Notes: generated by a model not told the origin, from the sequence alone. DNA of 64,000 bases from Terrimicrobiaceae bacterium (GCA_044342325.1 JBIIPZ010000012.1:1-64000), one strand, 5' to 3'. Positions 26,933 to 39,277 are shown, numbered from the stretch's first letter. Program-made: numbers and translations.

Positions 26933-27113
26933 GGAAAACATTTGCGTCCCGGCCGCTCTCCGGGCAATATCTAATTCCTGTTTGCCCTGTGGTGTAATGG
27001 TAACACAGTGCCCTTTGGAGGCATTATTCATGGTTCGAGTCCATGCGGGGCAGCCACTCTCAAGATGAATGCGGTCTTGAGATCGGCTGACTCTCCCCCT
27101 ACAAGAAAGCGAA

Positions 27114-27527
27114 ATGACCAATCTCCCTAAAGAATGGCGATTCCTGCGCTCAGGCTGGATTTATGCCTTTGTCCTGACCGGCCAATCGTTGGGAGCAACG
27201 GAGATGGTCTCGAAGGCCCTGCAGGGTGTGGCCGCTCGAAACGACCTTGTTTCCTCGAGCCGAAGGAAGCGTTTATTTTTTGCGACACTTTTTCGCGAGG
27301 GGCATAAATTTCCGCGTCACACCGAGCCGGCTGAGGAGAAATACTCCACCCTTGCCAGCCTGCATAAAATTCAGGAACCAGGCCGCAGTGCACTCGCTCT
27401 TCTTCACCTGAGGCTTTTTGATCCCGACCAGATCGCCGTCATCATCGGCAGAACGGAGAAGGAACTTCCCGCCATCCTCACGGCCGCGCGGGAGGAATTT
27501 TCCAAACTGGGGGCACCACTCCCATGA
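27114..27527 (+). CDS. Degenerate ECF sigma factor-like protein
   Basis: Region-2-like YAFVLTG..ATEMV and region-4-like RSALALL...QIAVIIG...L.AAR; 137 aa. Confidence 0.6.
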   Translation: MTNLPKEWRFLRSGWIYAFVLTGQSLGATEMVSKALQGVAARNDLVSSSRRKRLFFATLFREGHKFPRHTEPAEEKYSTLASLHKIQEPGRSALALLHLRLFDPDQIAVIIGRTEKELPAILTAAREEFSKLGAPLP

Positions 27528-28270
27528 GACCCTCCACAGCTCGACGCATTCTGACCTGCCATGTCGATGATCCGAACGGCGATGTCCCGACCGTCATGCA
27601 AAGCGCATTGAAGGCGCTCGGAAAATCTCCAGAGCTACAAGCAGACTATGAAAAGCAATCGCGCATTGATGCGAGCCTGCGTGGAGCCTTCAAGGACGCC
27701 GAGGTTCCGGACGAGGCCCTGAGCGGATTTGCCTCGCAGGTGTCAGCGATTCCGACGCGGCACTTCAACCCGCGCGACCCGGCGATTATTTCTGTCATCA
27801 TAGGATTTGTCCTCTTGGTCTTCGTGCTCACATGGGACTTCTTAGGACGCCCGGCCTCCTTTCCGCCCGATGGCTTGGAAGTAGCCGAAGCCATTTTGGA
27901 AGCAGAGAATTCGGCTTTTCAACTGGTCTCTGTTCCGGCTGAGGAACTCGAAGATTGGTTTGTCTTGAAAGGATTCGACGGGTTCCGCACACCGGATTTC
28001 CTTTTGGGTGGGAAAGTCGATTCCGCCGGCATTTTGGAATTTGAAAAACAACCCCTCGCAGTCGTCGGCCTACCTGCTCTGAAAGCTCAACTGGCTGTCT
28101 TCAGCGCCGCTCCATGGAACATCGTTATTCCCGATGGCGAGTGGCGCACAGCCCAGATCGATCCCGAATACGCCGTCGCATTGAGCCGAGAAAAAGACAT
28201 GTGCTTCCTAGTCATATTTCAGGGCACAGAGGCGGGACTGCGTGCCATCCTTAAAGGCGGCGCCCGCTGA
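27524..28270 (+). CDS. Putative single-pass anti-sigma factor
   Basis: Overlaps the sigma-like gene by 4 bp; cytoplasmic helical N-terminus, one TM segment, extracytoplasmic domain. Confidence 0.6.
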   Translation: MRPSTARRILTCHVDDPNGDVPTVMQSALKALGKSPELQADYEKQSRIDASLRGAFKDAEVPDEALSGFASQVSAIPTRHFNPRDPAIISVIIGFVLLVFVLTWDFLGRPASFPPDGLEVAEAILEAENSAFQLVSVPAEELEDWFVLKGFDGFRTPDFLLGGKVDSAGILEFEKQPLAVVGLPALKAQLAVFSAAPWNIVIPDGEWRTAQIDPEYAVALSREKDMCFLVIFQGTEAGLRAILKGGAR

Positions 28271-28279
28271 GGCCCTCGC

Positions 28280-28798
28280 TTATTTCAGAGAATCGAGAGC
28301 GGCCTGCACCTCTGCAGCGTGTTCGCCGGTTTTCGCCGATGGAGACATCCAAACAACCTGACCGTCCTTGATCAGGAACGATTGCCTCTTGCTCACAGGC
28401 AAACCCATCACGCCGCCCACACCAAAGGCCTCAGCGACCTTGCCGTCCGCATCGGCAACGAGGGAAAAAGGAAGATTGTATTTCTGCTGAAATTTTTTCT
28501 GAGAGGCAGGCGTGTCGCGACTCACGCCGACGATTTGCAGACTCTCAGCCTTCAGCGACTCGAAAGAATCCCGCAGCGAGCAGGCTTGCGCCGTGCAGCC
28601 GGGGGTGTCCGCTTTCGGATAGAAATAAACCAGCGTGATGCCCTTAGCATAGACATCCGCAAAGGCTAAGGGCTTGCCGTCCTGATCCACCGCAGCGGGA
28701 ACCGGCGCAGGCGCTCCGACTTCGAGGGCTTTTACTTTGCTGCCAAATCCAAAAAGACTCATAGTGATAATTGCGACGAGGGTTGTCTTGCCGTGCAT
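28280..28798 (-). CDS. bcp: Peroxiredoxin, BCP/PrxQ type
   Basis: YFYPKADTPGCTAQACSLRD motif; start uncertain. Confidence 0.92.
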   Translation of the reverse strand: MHGKTTLVAIITMSLFGFGSKVKALEVGAPAPVPAAVDQDGKPLAFADVYAKGITLVYFYPKADTPGCTAQACSLRDSFESLKAESLQIVGVSRDTPASQKKFQQKYNLPFSLVADADGKVAEAFGVGGVMGLPVSKRQSFLIKDGQVVWMSPSAKTGEHAAEVQAALDSLK

Positions 28799-28826
28799 GG
28801 CAACCACTTTATTGGCGCAAAGGCAC

Positions 28827-30173
28827 ATGGCAAACGATCATTCTCCGGTGAAAGGCAATTTCAGACTCCCCATTGTTGCAGGCGCCTTGGCAGCCATCGC
28901 GGCGTCTTCCCCTTGTTTTTTTTCCCGAGCTGAAAGCCTGCGCGCTGCCATGGCGGGTTGCGCCGGGGACGCAGGATGGCTGGATCGCCTCGCCGCCGCA
29001 GGCTTTGCGGGCGGGGGACTACTGGGAGCGGATGCAGCCCGGGCGCTCTGCGTGGCTGTGCCCGTTTTTGCCGGCTTTTTGGCCATCGCCTGGATTTGCA
29101 AAAAACTCCCGGCGGACTTTCAAAACCGCATCCGCTTGGGACTCCTCATTGCCGCGTTGGTCGTCACAGGACTAGGCGCTTTCGAGGTCTTCCAAGCCTC
29201 GCGGAGTGACATTCAGGACATTCGGCTCCTCGCTCCCGTTGATTTATTCGAACAAGCCGGTGAGGGACGCGTTTTTCTCAATGCCCCCGCCCTCTTGGCG
29301 GCACGCCTTCTATCGCCGGATCTCGCCTCGCGCGCGCCGGATGCCCGTTCGATTCAGCCCCTCAGCTCCTCACCGGTGCGGTGGCGCGAAGAGGATCGCA
29401 GCGCACCCTTTCAAGCCATCCTTCTCGCCGTTCCCCTGGAAGACTCCCGCCCACTCGTTGAAATGCTGAACTCAACTCCTGAGTGGCATCTCACGAAAAT
29501 TGACAATCAGGGCCTGCTCTATCGACGCGGCACAGACGAACAGCCCCCACAAAGCATCGAGACAGTTTTTGCCAACAAACGGGACAATGCTCTTCATCAT
29601 GCCCAGACCGCCATGGTCATGCACTTTCTGGGAAAAAATAAAGACGCCCTTGAGTGGATGGCCAAAGCCCGCCAGACCGCGCCGCGCGATCCCCTCGTGC
29701 TTACGCAATCGGCCACACTCGCTGCGGCACTCAAGCAGTGGCCAACGACAAAAAAAGAGGCTGAACTGGCGCTGAAAGAAGACCCCTCCTCCACACAGGC
29801 CCGCTACCTCCTCGCCCTTGCCCTCCTCGAGACCGGCAACATCTCCGGTGCCGCCGAGGAATCGGCCAATCTCTCCACCAAGGCTTCGAACACCCCTTCC
29901 GTCCTATGGCTGCAGGCCCGGATATCGCGAGAGGCAAACGACCCCACCACCGAAATCGCCGTCCTCGAAAAACTCCTCACCCTGGCACAAAAGCAAAAAG
30001 AGGAACCAACGATCATCCACATCCACCTCGCCCAAGCCTGGGCGAAGCGCGGATTCGCCACCCAAGCACTCGAAAACTACAATGCTGCACTCCGCGGCAA
30101 CCTCACTCCCAAGCAACGCACGGAGTTGGAAAACGCGAGGGAGACGATCTTGAGCCGTGCGCCACGGCATTGA
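28827..30173 (+). CDS. Membrane protein with C-terminal TPR repeats
   Basis: N-terminal TM segments; repeated helical A..AL..DP / LA.A patterns. Confidence 0.8.
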   Translation: MANDHSPVKGNFRLPIVAGALAAIAASSPCFFSRAESLRAAMAGCAGDAGWLDRLAAAGFAGGGLLGADAARALCVAVPVFAGFLAIAWICKKLPADFQNRIRLGLLIAALVVTGLGAFEVFQASRSDIQDIRLLAPVDLFEQAGEGRVFLNAPALLAARLLSPDLASRAPDARSIQPLSSSPVRWREEDRSAPFQAILLAVPLEDSRPLVEMLNSTPEWHLTKIDNQGLLYRRGTDEQPPQSIETVFANKRDNALHHAQTAMVMHFLGKNKDALEWMAKARQTAPRDPLVLTQSATLAAALKQWPTTKKEAELALKEDPSSTQARYLLALALLETGNISGAAEESANLSTKASNTPSVLWLQARISREANDPTTEIAVLEKLLTLAQKQKEEPTIIHIHLAQAWAKRGFATQALENYNAALRGNLTPKQRTELENARETILSRAPRH

Positions 30174-30215
30174 TTTTGCAGCGCTGGGACTGGATTGCAG
30201 CTGGAAGAAGGTAAG

Positions 30216-30250
30216 TTGACGCAGGGTCTCATTTGGGCCACTTTGAGACC
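30216..30250 (+). promoter_or_regulatory. Toxin-antitoxin promoter and palindromic operator
   Basis: TTGACG-N17-CACTTT. Inverted repeat GGTCTCA (30225-30231) / TGAGACC (30244-30250) abuts the ATG. Confidence 0.6.
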
Positions 30251-30469
30251 ATGAGCGCTATCGTAAAGAGCCGTATCGATCCTGAACTGAAACGGCAGGC
30301 TGAGGCCGTCTTAGAGGAGATCGGACTGAAGCCGCGCGCCGCATTGGAGCTTTTCTACAAACAAATCATCAAGCGCCGTGCGATTCCATTTCCGGTGAAG
30401 GCAGATTGCCCTGAAGATGAGATTTTAAGCTCCGCCGAACGGCGCAATGCGATGGCGGACGATTTTTAG
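30251..30469 (+). CDS. RelB/DinJ family antitoxin
   Basis: SRIDPELKRQAEAVLEEIGL...FYKQI...IPF pattern. Confidence 0.9.
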   Translation: MSAIVKSRIDPELKRQAEAVLEEIGLKPRAALELFYKQIIKRRAIPFPVKADCPEDEILSSAERRNAMADDF

Positions 30470-30471
30470 GA

Positions 30472-30810
30472 ATGAAAACGGTGCCTCAGCGCGGCGAGGT
30501 TTGGTTCGTTGACCTTGGTTCGGTTGCCAAGCCTCGTTACGCGCTGGTTCTGGCGGCACAGTGCGATGCTCGGCTTGCTTTGGCCAGCGTGGTATTGATC
30601 ACCACACAATTCGACGGCACGAGCTACGAAGTTACTTTGCCCCGCGTGCGTTGGTTGCGGGAGCAGAGCTACATCAATGTTCAGAGCATCCAACCTGTGA
30701 AATTCACCGAGTTCGTTCGCAAAGCCCCTGGGACTTTCGATGTCGGCGTTCTGGGCGGTATAGAAGCCGCACTCAAGCGCTGGCTCAGCATTCAACCCAC
30801 TGAGGCATAG
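30472..30810 (+). CDS. PemK/MazF family toxin
   Basis: QRGEVWFVDL...KPRYALVL pattern; 112 aa. Confidence 0.88.
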   Translation: MKTVPQRGEVWFVDLGSVAKPRYALVLAAQCDARLALASVVLITTQFDGTSYEVTLPRVRWLREQSYINVQSIQPVKFTEFVRKAPGTFDVGVLGGIEAALKRWLSIQPTEA

Positions 30811-30919
30811 AATTTCTCATCCGATATTTACCGGAGCCTTGATCGGAACTGTCCCAACGAGCGGGCCGTTTTTGTTAAACCACTGATGCATCACGCAAGT
30901 TTAAGGGCTCCATCCAATT

Positions 30920-30958
30920 AAAAAAACAAGGGGCACGATTCAAAAATCGTGCCCCTTG
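30920..30958 (-). terminator. Rho-independent terminator of eno
   Basis: 14-bp stem CAAGGGGCACGATT / AATCGTGCCCCTTG followed by a U7 run on the minus strand. Confidence 0.9.
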
Positions 30959-30984
30959 GCGTGAGAGAATAGGCGGTGCTATTT

Positions 30985-32646
<1,662 letters not shown>

Positions 32647-32648
32647 AA

Positions 32649-33614
32649 ATGAAGCGCGTTGTTTTTTGCGGCACCGGGGAGATCGGACTCCCCGCCTTGA
32701 AGGCCCTCCTCGACTCGGGAAAATACGAAGTGCCTGGCGTCATCACCCAGCCCGACAAGCCCGCCGGTCGTGACTTGAAGCCACGCGCCTCGGCGATCAA
32801 ACAGCTGGCCGTTGAACGCGGTATTCCCGTGCACCAACCTCCGAAACTCCGCGATGCGGCATCCCTCGAAATGCTACGGAGTCTGAAGCCGGATGTGATG
32901 GTGGTCGTGGCCTATGGTCAGATCCTACCGAAGTCCGTCTTGGAATTGCCACGCCTCGGCTGTCTCAATCTCCACGCCTCGCTCCTGCCCCGCCATCGCG
33001 GTGCGTCGCCGATCCATGCGGCGATCCTTGCGGGGGATGCCACAACGGGCATGACTGTGATGTATATGGACGAGGGCCTCGATACGGGGGATGTCCTGCT
33101 CGAGGAGGCTCTGGAAATAGGCACGCAGGAAACAACCGGTGAACTCCATGATCGCTTGGCGGCGCTCGCCGCTCCATGCCTTCTGCGGGCATTGGAGCTG
33201 CTGGCGGCGGGCAACGCGCCCCGCACGCCTCAAGACCCGGGAAAAGCAACCTACGCGGCGAAATTGAAAAAAGCGGATGGCTTTCTGGATTGGACCCGTC
33301 CCGCATCGGAGCTCGCCCTTCGGGTGCGGGCGATGTCGCCATGGCCGGGAGCATTTGCCCGCATTTCGGGTCATGTTTTGAAAATCCACTCCGCAGCCGA
33401 AGATACTGCCTCGGGCATTCCCGGCAGCGTGCTGCAAGCGGATGCCGACTCTCTTGTGGTCGCCTGCGCAACGGGCTCCCTGAGGCTTCTGAGTGTGCAA
33501 CTCGAAGGCCGGAAGCGCCTGCCCGTCGCCGAATTTCTGCGGGGGTTTCCGCTGACTCCAGGCGCGCGTTTTGATTTGTCCTTTTCTCCGGAGCCCTCAT
33601 GCGGTTCTATGTGA
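32649..33614 (+). CDS. fmt: Methionyl-tRNA formyltransferase
   Basis: [32 protein letters not shown] and GLDTGD motifs. Confidence 0.97.
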   Translation: MKRVVFCGTGEIGLPALKALLDSGKYEVPGVITQPDKPAGRDLKPRASAIKQLAVERGIPVHQPPKLRDAASLEMLRSLKPDVMVVVAYGQILPKSVLELPRLGCLNLHASLLPRHRGASPIHAAILAGDATTGMTVMYMDEGLDTGDVLLEEALEIGTQETTGELHDRLAALAAPCLLRALELLAAGNAPRTPQDPGKATYAAKLKKADGFLDWTRPASELALRVRAMSPWPGAFARISGHVLKIHSAAEDTASGIPGSVLQADADSLVVACATGSLRLLSVQLEGRKRLPVAEFLRGFPLTPGARFDLSFSPEPSCGSM

Positions 33615-33624
33615 GCACTCGCCC

Positions 33625-34362
33625 ATGTCCCAAACATCCCATGTCCGCTACAAACGGGTCGTGCTCAAACTCAGCGGAGAGGTTCTCCGCGAGCCAGGAA
33701 GCCGCGACAGCATAAGCCCCGAAGTCGTCCAAAAAATCGCCTCACAGGTCGCGGAAGCCCGCAAACTTGGAGTCGAACTGGCCATCGTCATCGGCGGCGG
33801 CAACATCTGGCGCGGCCTTACAGCCAGCCACCGCGGCATGAACCGCACCACGGCAGACTACATGGGCATGCTGGCCACAGTCATCAACGGCCTCGCCCTC
33901 ATGGCCGCCCTCGAAGCCCAAGGCGTCGAGGTCCGGGTCCAAACGGCCATCGAAATGCAGAACCTCGCCGAGCCGTTCATCGTCCGCCGCGCCACACGCC
34001 ATCTCGAGCTCGGCCGTGTCGTGATCTTTGTCGCAGGCACTGGAAATCCCTTTTTCTCGACCGACACCACCGCCGCCCTCCGGGCCGCAGAGATCGGCGC
34101 GCAGGTCATTTTGAAAGCCACAAAAGTCGATGGCATCTACGACTCGGATCCCGTAAAAAACCCGGACGCCAAGCGTTTCACCCACATCACCTACTCGGAG
34201 GCCCTCTCGCGCCGCCTGCAGGTCATGGACTCTACGGCCTTCAGCCTCTGCATGGACAACAAAATGCCGATCATCGTTTTTGATATGAACAAGCCCGACA
34301 ACATCCGCCTGGCGATCGCCGGCGAGGAAGTGGGCACCCTTGTTTCCGAAAAATCCGAATAG
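33625..34362 (+). CDS. pyrH: UMP kinase
   Basis: [13 protein letters not shown] and [11 protein letters not shown] motifs. Confidence 0.98.
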   Translation: MSQTSHVRYKRVVLKLSGEVLREPGSRDSISPEVVQKIASQVAEARKLGVELAIVIGGGNIWRGLTASHRGMNRTTADYMGMLATVINGLALMAALEAQGVEVRVQTAIEMQNLAEPFIVRRATRHLELGRVVIFVAGTGNPFFSTDTTAALRAAEIGAQVILKATKVDGIYDSDPVKNPDAKRFTHITYSEALSRRLQVMDSTAFSLCMDNKMPIIVFDMNKPDNIRLAIAGEEVGTLVSEKSE

Positions 34363-34367
34363 CCACC

Positions 34368-34928
34368 ATGAGTATCGAAGAAATCCTTTTTGAAGCCGAG
34401 GAGGGCATGGAAAAAGCCGTGGCCTTCATGACGCAAGAGTTTGCCGCCATCCGCACCGGCAAAGCCTCCCCAGCCCTCGTGGAGAACATCGATGTCGAAG
34501 CCTACGGCTCCACGATGAAACTCAAACAACTCGCACTCATCACCGCGCCGGAACCCCGCCTGCTTGTGATCCAGCCCTTCGATGGCACCACGGTCCGCGA
34601 CATCGAGCGCGCCCTCAATGAATCCCGCATCGGCATTCATCCAGCGGTGGATGGCAAACTCATCCGCCTCCCGATTCCCGAACTCTCCGAAGAACGCCGC
34701 CGCGACTTGGCCAAAACCGTGAAAGGCATCGCCGAGGAATCCCGCGTGCGCGTGCGCTCCAGCCGCCGCAGTGCGATGGATGCCGCAAAGAAAACTCAAA
34801 AGGACGGCAAGATGAGCGAAGACGAACTCCGGGACACCGAGGGCGAGGTCCAAAAACTCACCGACCGCTTTGTTGCAGATATCGACAAACACACTGCCGC
34901 AAAAGAGGCGGAATTGATGAAAATATGA
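34368..34928 (+). CDS. frr: Ribosome recycling factor
   Basis: IRTGKASP and PELSEERR motifs; follows pyrH. Confidence 0.97.
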   Translation: MSIEEILFEAEEGMEKAVAFMTQEFAAIRTGKASPALVENIDVEAYGSTMKLKQLALITAPEPRLLVIQPFDGTTVRDIERALNESRIGIHPAVDGKLIRLPIPELSEERRRDLAKTVKGIAEESRVRVRSSRRSAMDAAKKTQKDGKMSEDELRDTEGEVQKLTDRFVADIDKHTAAKEAELMKI

Positions 34929-35404
34929 AAGCCATCACCGCTCTCCTTGCGGCGCTCTGCCTCGCCCTCCCACTTCAAGCCGAAGTCGTTCGTGAAGCTC
35001 CTGCCTTCACTTGGACTGACTCGACCGGCTCCGCCAAGCCTCTCAAAAACCTGCGCGGACAACCCGTGGTTCTTGTCATCGCCAACAGCCCACGCCAATG
35101 GTCCTTCCGCTCCCAAGTCGGCCAGCTCCAGAAAATTTACGCCCGCTTCGCCGCCGAGAAACTTCTCTGCGTCGCCGCCTTTTCAGGCGAGCAAGACATC
35201 ATCCGCTCAAACATCCCGTTCCTCACCGTGCCCGACGGTCCCGGCACAGCCACCGCCTACGAAGTGCCCGAAGGCTTCGCCATCGCCGTGGTCGGAGCGG
35301 ATGGCAACCTCGACTGCTTCAGCACCCGCGTGCTCCCAGCCCAGCGCATCTTCGACATCATCCAAAACTCCTACACCAATCAAAAACATCTCCGCCGCGA
35401 TTGA
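34925..35404 (+). CDS. Exported protein, thioredoxin/AhpC-like fold without CxxC
   Basis: Signal peptide; APAFT...L..LRGQPVVL pattern. Confidence 0.7.
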   Translation: MKAITALLAALCLALPLQAEVVREAPAFTWTDSTGSAKPLKNLRGQPVVLVIANSPRQWSFRSQVGQLQKIYARFAAEKLLCVAAFSGEQDIIRSNIPFLTVPDGPGTATAYEVPEGFAIAVVGADGNLDCFSTRVLPAQRIFDIIQNSYTNQKHLRRD

Positions 35405-35490
35405 TGTCTTCAGGCTCAAGCCCACATACCCCGCGATAAGCACCGACCCTTCCAAACTTAAAACTTAATTTCTAAAACTTAAAACTTCCA

Positions 35491-35946
35491 ATGAGCTTCC
35501 AAGACCAAATCAACCAAGACATCAAAGCCGCCATGCTCGCACGCGAGTCGGCAAAACTCGGCGTCCTCCGCATGCTGAAAACCGCCCTCATGAACTCCGC
35601 CATCGAGAAAGGCGGAGCCGGCAGCACACTCGACGACGCCGATGCACTCGCCATCGTTCGTAAAGAAGTCAAGAAGCGCCAAGACTCGATCGAGGCCTTT
35701 GAAAAGGGCGGACGCCCTGAAATGGCAGCCACCGAGAAAGCTGAGATCGAAATTCTCAACAACTACCTTCCCCAGCCTCTCTCAGCAGAGGAGGTCACCG
35801 CACTCGTCCAAGCCGCCATCGCGGAAACCGGCGCCACCAGCCGCAAGGAAATGGGAGCGGTGATCAAACTCGTCACCGAAAAAGCCGCAGGCCGCGCCGA
35901 TGGACGCACGATCAGCGCAGAGGTCCAAAAACACCTCACCGCCTGA
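35491..35946 (+). CDS. GatB/YqeY domain protein
   Basis: DIKAAM.AR, KKRQDSIE.F, YLPQPLS and KEMG motifs. Confidence 0.95.
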   Translation: MSFQDQINQDIKAAMLARESAKLGVLRMLKTALMNSAIEKGGAGSTLDDADALAIVRKEVKKRQDSIEAFEKGGRPEMAATEKAEIEILNNYLPQPLSAEEVTALVQAAIAETGATSRKEMGAVIKLVTEKAAGRADGRTISAEVQKHLTA

Positions 35947-35961
35947 TTTTTTTCGCGTCCC

Positions 35962-36537
35962 CTAAAGACTCCGATCCGCAGGAACGCTCAGAAACCGGCT
36001 GCCAGCAGCCACAAACCTCCACGGGAAATCCGCCGAGCGCGTTATGCCAACGCGTGTGCAGGCTTGGACATTGGGCGCAGCGCTCGGATGCCGCAACGAG
36101 GCATCTGGATCCGACAAGAGATCCCGGCCATGAAAGGCTCCATCAATCCCTAAAGCACGGGTAAGCTTGCCCGGGCCGGAACAGAGGTTTTTGGGAGCCG
36201 TCATGTTGCGGCGGCGGGTCATTTCCTCGATGCCACGCGTCGGTTCCAGAGCACGAATCAAAACAAACCCATCCTCGCTCCCGCCTCTCACGAGAAAGTT
36301 CAGCAGCCAGTGCACCCCGTAGTTCAAATACACATACGCAGCGCCAGCCGGCATTCGCGTCACAAACTCCCGCGACGACGGTCTGGAAAAAGTGTGGCAC
36401 GCCTCATCGTTCAATACGGAATAAGCCTCGGTCTCCACAATCACGCCCCCGCAGCCGTTCCAAACCAGCTCACAGCCGACCATCTCGCGCGCACAAGTCA
36501 CAGGATCACTTTGAAAGAATTCGGCCTTAATGTTCAT
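35962..36537 (-). CDS. 3-methyladenine DNA glycosylase (MPG/AAG family)
   Basis: IVETEAY, YVYLNYGVH, VLIRALEP and CSGPGKL motifs. Confidence 0.95.
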   Translation of the reverse strand: MNIKAEFFQSDPVTCAREMVGCELVWNGCGGVIVETEAYSVLNDEACHTFSRPSSREFVTRMPAGAAYVYLNYGVHWLLNFLVRGGSEDGFVLIRALEPTRGIEEMTRRRNMTAPKNLCSGPGKLTRALGIDGAFHGRDLLSDPDASLRHPSAAPNVQACTRVGITRSADFPWRFVAAGSRFLSVPADRSL

Positions 36538-36777
36538 GCAGGCCACAGTGTAAAGAGCGGGTAAAAGTGTTCAAATTTTGTCTGTGCAAGAGCGCTCATC
36601 GCGCGCCTTCCATGGGAGGGCCATCGTCCCGCATGGCCCAAATTTCCATCACGGATGGCGAGGAATGACTACCAGACACCTTCCCGCATAAAACCGCCCG
36701 AACCACGCCCCTCAGACGCCGCTTCGCGGCTGAAGAATGGGCCATGCCGGAGGATGGCCCTCCCTGCGGGCGCACGC

Positions 36778-37683
36778 TCAGCGTGAAGGCGCCGCCGGTG
36801 CTGCACCCTGGAATTCGCCCACATTCAGGAAAGGCACGACTCCGCCGCCGCTGATGCGTGGCAGGACGCCGTCCCATTTTTCGATTGAGCGGAGCTGGAT
36901 GATTTCGGGGCTTTGCTTGAGGGCGAGGGCCTCGCGCTGGATGGCGTCGGCGCGGGCCTTGGACTGCACCTCGGTGGAGAAAGCTTCGGCGGATGCGGCG
37001 AGCTTGCGCTCCTCGGCGCTCGCTTCGGCTTGGGTGACGCGCATGATTTTTTCGTTTTTCGCCTGCAGGGCCATTTGCTCGGCCTTCACCTTGGCCTCAA
37101 TGGCGCGGTTGAATTCTGGCGAGAATTCGAAGTCTGTGATGGCCAGATTCGCGATGGTGATGGCGTTTTCCAGCCCCTTCTCGCGGAGGGTGTCGTTGAA
37201 AAAATTGCCCAGCGCATCCTGGATTTGTTGCTTCACGATTTCGCGTTTCGTCACCAACTCCTCGGCGGTGAACTTGGCCGTGACGCCTTTCACGCACTCT
37301 TGGATGGCGGGCTCCACCAGCGAGGCCGAAACTTTTTTGAGCGTGCCAATGCGCTGGTAGATGAGCGGGGCCAACGCACCATTCAGAGAATACTGCATTG
37401 TCACCTGTGTGGAGACGGATTGGAGATCTTTCGAGGCTGCGGTGGCTTGCGCATGGCTTGCGGTGAGGCGGACATCTATTTGCTGAACCTGATCGACAAT
37501 CGGTTTCTTCATATGAAATCCCTCCGGCAGTGCATTCGGTTGGACTGCTCCCAAAGTCGTCACAACTCCTACATTTCCACTCTCAATGACCACTGTCATA
37601 GAAGACAAAAGGGCAAACGCTCCTACGAGTAGGATGGCAACAGGAACAAGAATACGGGCAGGTGAGCGGTTGAAATCGTTCAT
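36778..37683 (-). CDS. SPFH / prohibitin family protein
   Basis: N-terminal TM segment, SKDLQ, FS.EF..AIEAK and EKWDG.LP motifs. Confidence 0.93.
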   Translation of the reverse strand: MNDFNRSPARILVPVAILLVGAFALLSSMTVVIESGNVGVVTTLGAVQPNALPEGFHMKKPIVDQVQQIDVRLTASHAQATAASKDLQSVSTQVTMQYSLNGALAPLIYQRIGTLKKVSASLVEPAIQECVKGVTAKFTAEELVTKREIVKQQIQDALGNFFNDTLREKGLENAITIANLAITDFEFSPEFNRAIEAKVKAEQMALQAKNEKIMRVTQAEASAEERKLAASAEAFSTEVQSKARADAIQREALALKQSPEIIQLRSIEKWDGVLPRISGGGVVPFLNVGEFQGAAPAAPSR

Positions 37684-37837
37684 AAGGCGGCCAATGTAAT
37701 GCAAAGTCGCAACAGTGCAAATTTTTCACTACCGAGGGTGCGCGAGAATTTAACCACCACTGCCAAAAATCCACCGTCCTCGTTGCCATTTACTTTAGGA
37801 AAGGACTAAGTTTGTCCTTCAACCTCTCCAGCCACTC

Positions 37838-39268
37838 ATGTCAAACCCATCGACCCCTCGCAAAATCAGCTTCGTTGTTTACTTCATCGGATTTACCGCC
37901 GCACTGGCCGGGCTCCTTTTTGGCCTCGATGTAGGGGTGATATCCGGTGCGCTGGATTTCATCAAAAAGGATTTCCTCTCAGAATTGAATCCCCTACAAG
38001 CCGACTCTCGGGCCGAGTTTATCGTCAGCGCCCTGCTCTGGGGGGCTGTCGCCGGCACGCTGATCAGTGGTTTTCTCTCCTCCAAATTCGGGCGCCGGAA
38101 GACGATTCTGGTGAGCGCTGTGGTTTTTGTGGCGGGTTCATTGGCATGCGCTTTTTCGCCTGATGAGAATTTCCTTATCGGCGCGCGTTTCCTTCTGGGA
38201 ATCGGCGTGGGCGTGGCCTCGTTCACCGCACCGCTTTACCTCTCGGAAATCTCTCCCCAATCGGTGCGCGGCTCCATGATCTCGATGTATCAATTGATGA
38301 TCACCATCGGCATCCTGATTGCATTTCTCGCTGACACTTGGTTGGCGACCTACGCGACCTTCGGAGGCCAGACTGGCGGCCACTGGCGCGTGATGTTGGG
38401 AGTCATTTCCATTCCCGCAGCCATTATGTTCGTCGGCGTGCTTTCACTTCCGGAGAGTCCGCGATGGCTTTTCCTGAATGGATTCCACAACCAGGCGAAG
38501 GATGTCTTCCGCAAGATGAAGTTGGACGACGCGGAAATCGCTGCCGAGGTTAAAGAGATCGAGGAAAGTTCGGCCGTGAAGCAAAGCGGGTGGCAACTTT
38601 TCTCCCAGAACTCAAACTTCCGCCGCGCCATCGCACTCGGCATCGGCCTGCAAGTCATCCAGCAACTCACAGGCATCAATGTGATCATGTATTACGCACC
38701 CCGGATTTTTGAATTGGCGGGATTCGGCGAGAAGACCGAGCAAATGTGGGGCACCGTGCTCGTGGGAATAACCAATGTGTTGGCCACATTCATTGCGATT
38801 GCCTTCGTTGACCGCTTGGGCCGCAAGCCGATCATGTATGCGGGCTTCATAACCATGGGCGCTGCCATGGCCACCGTGGGCGTGCTCTTCAATTCCGGCA
38901 TCGAGCAGCACCCCTCCCTCGGCTATTCGGCCATCGGCGCGCTTCTTGTGTTCATTATCGGTTTCGCCATGAGCGCCGGACCTATCATCTGGGTGATCTG
39001 CTCGGAGATTTACCCCCTCTCGGGACGCGATCTCGGCGTGACTGTGAGCACAGCAACAAACTGGATCGTCAATGCAATCGTGGGCCAAACCTTCCTGACC
39101 CTCATCAACTCGATAGGCGGCGGAAACACATTCCTGCTCTACGGGGGATTGAATGTGCTCTTCATTATTTTCTTCATCCTCCTCGTGCCCGAAACAAAAG
39201 GCATCTCGCTCGAGGCGATCGAGAGAAACCTCATGTCTGGAAAACGCCTGCGGGAAATCGGACGCTGA
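37838..39268 (+). CDS. Sugar porter MFS transporter (GalP/AraE-like)
   Basis: GLDVGVISG, PESPRWL, QQLTGINVIMYY and PETKG motifs. Confidence 0.96.
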   Translation: MSNPSTPRKISFVVYFIGFTAALAGLLFGLDVGVISGALDFIKKDFLSELNPLQADSRAEFIVSALLWGAVAGTLISGFLSSKFGRRKTILVSAVVFVAGSLACAFSPDENFLIGARFLLGIGVGVASFTAPLYLSEISPQSVRGSMISMYQLMITIGILIAFLADTWLATYATFGGQTGGHWRVMLGVISIPAAIMFVGVLSLPESPRWLFLNGFHNQAKDVFRKMKLDDAEIAAEVKEIEESSAVKQSGWQLFSQNSNFRRAIALGIGLQVIQQLTGINVIMYYAPRIFELAGFGEKTEQMWGTVLVGITNVLATFIAIAFVDRLGRKPIMYAGFITMGAAMATVGVLFNSGIEQHPSLGYSAIGALLVFIIGFAMSAGPIIWVICSEIYPLSGRDLGVTVSTATNWIVNAIVGQTFLTLINSIGGGNTFLLYGGLNVLFIIFFILLVPETKGISLEAIERNLMSGKRLREIGR

Positions 39269-39277
39269 GTTGCTGCC

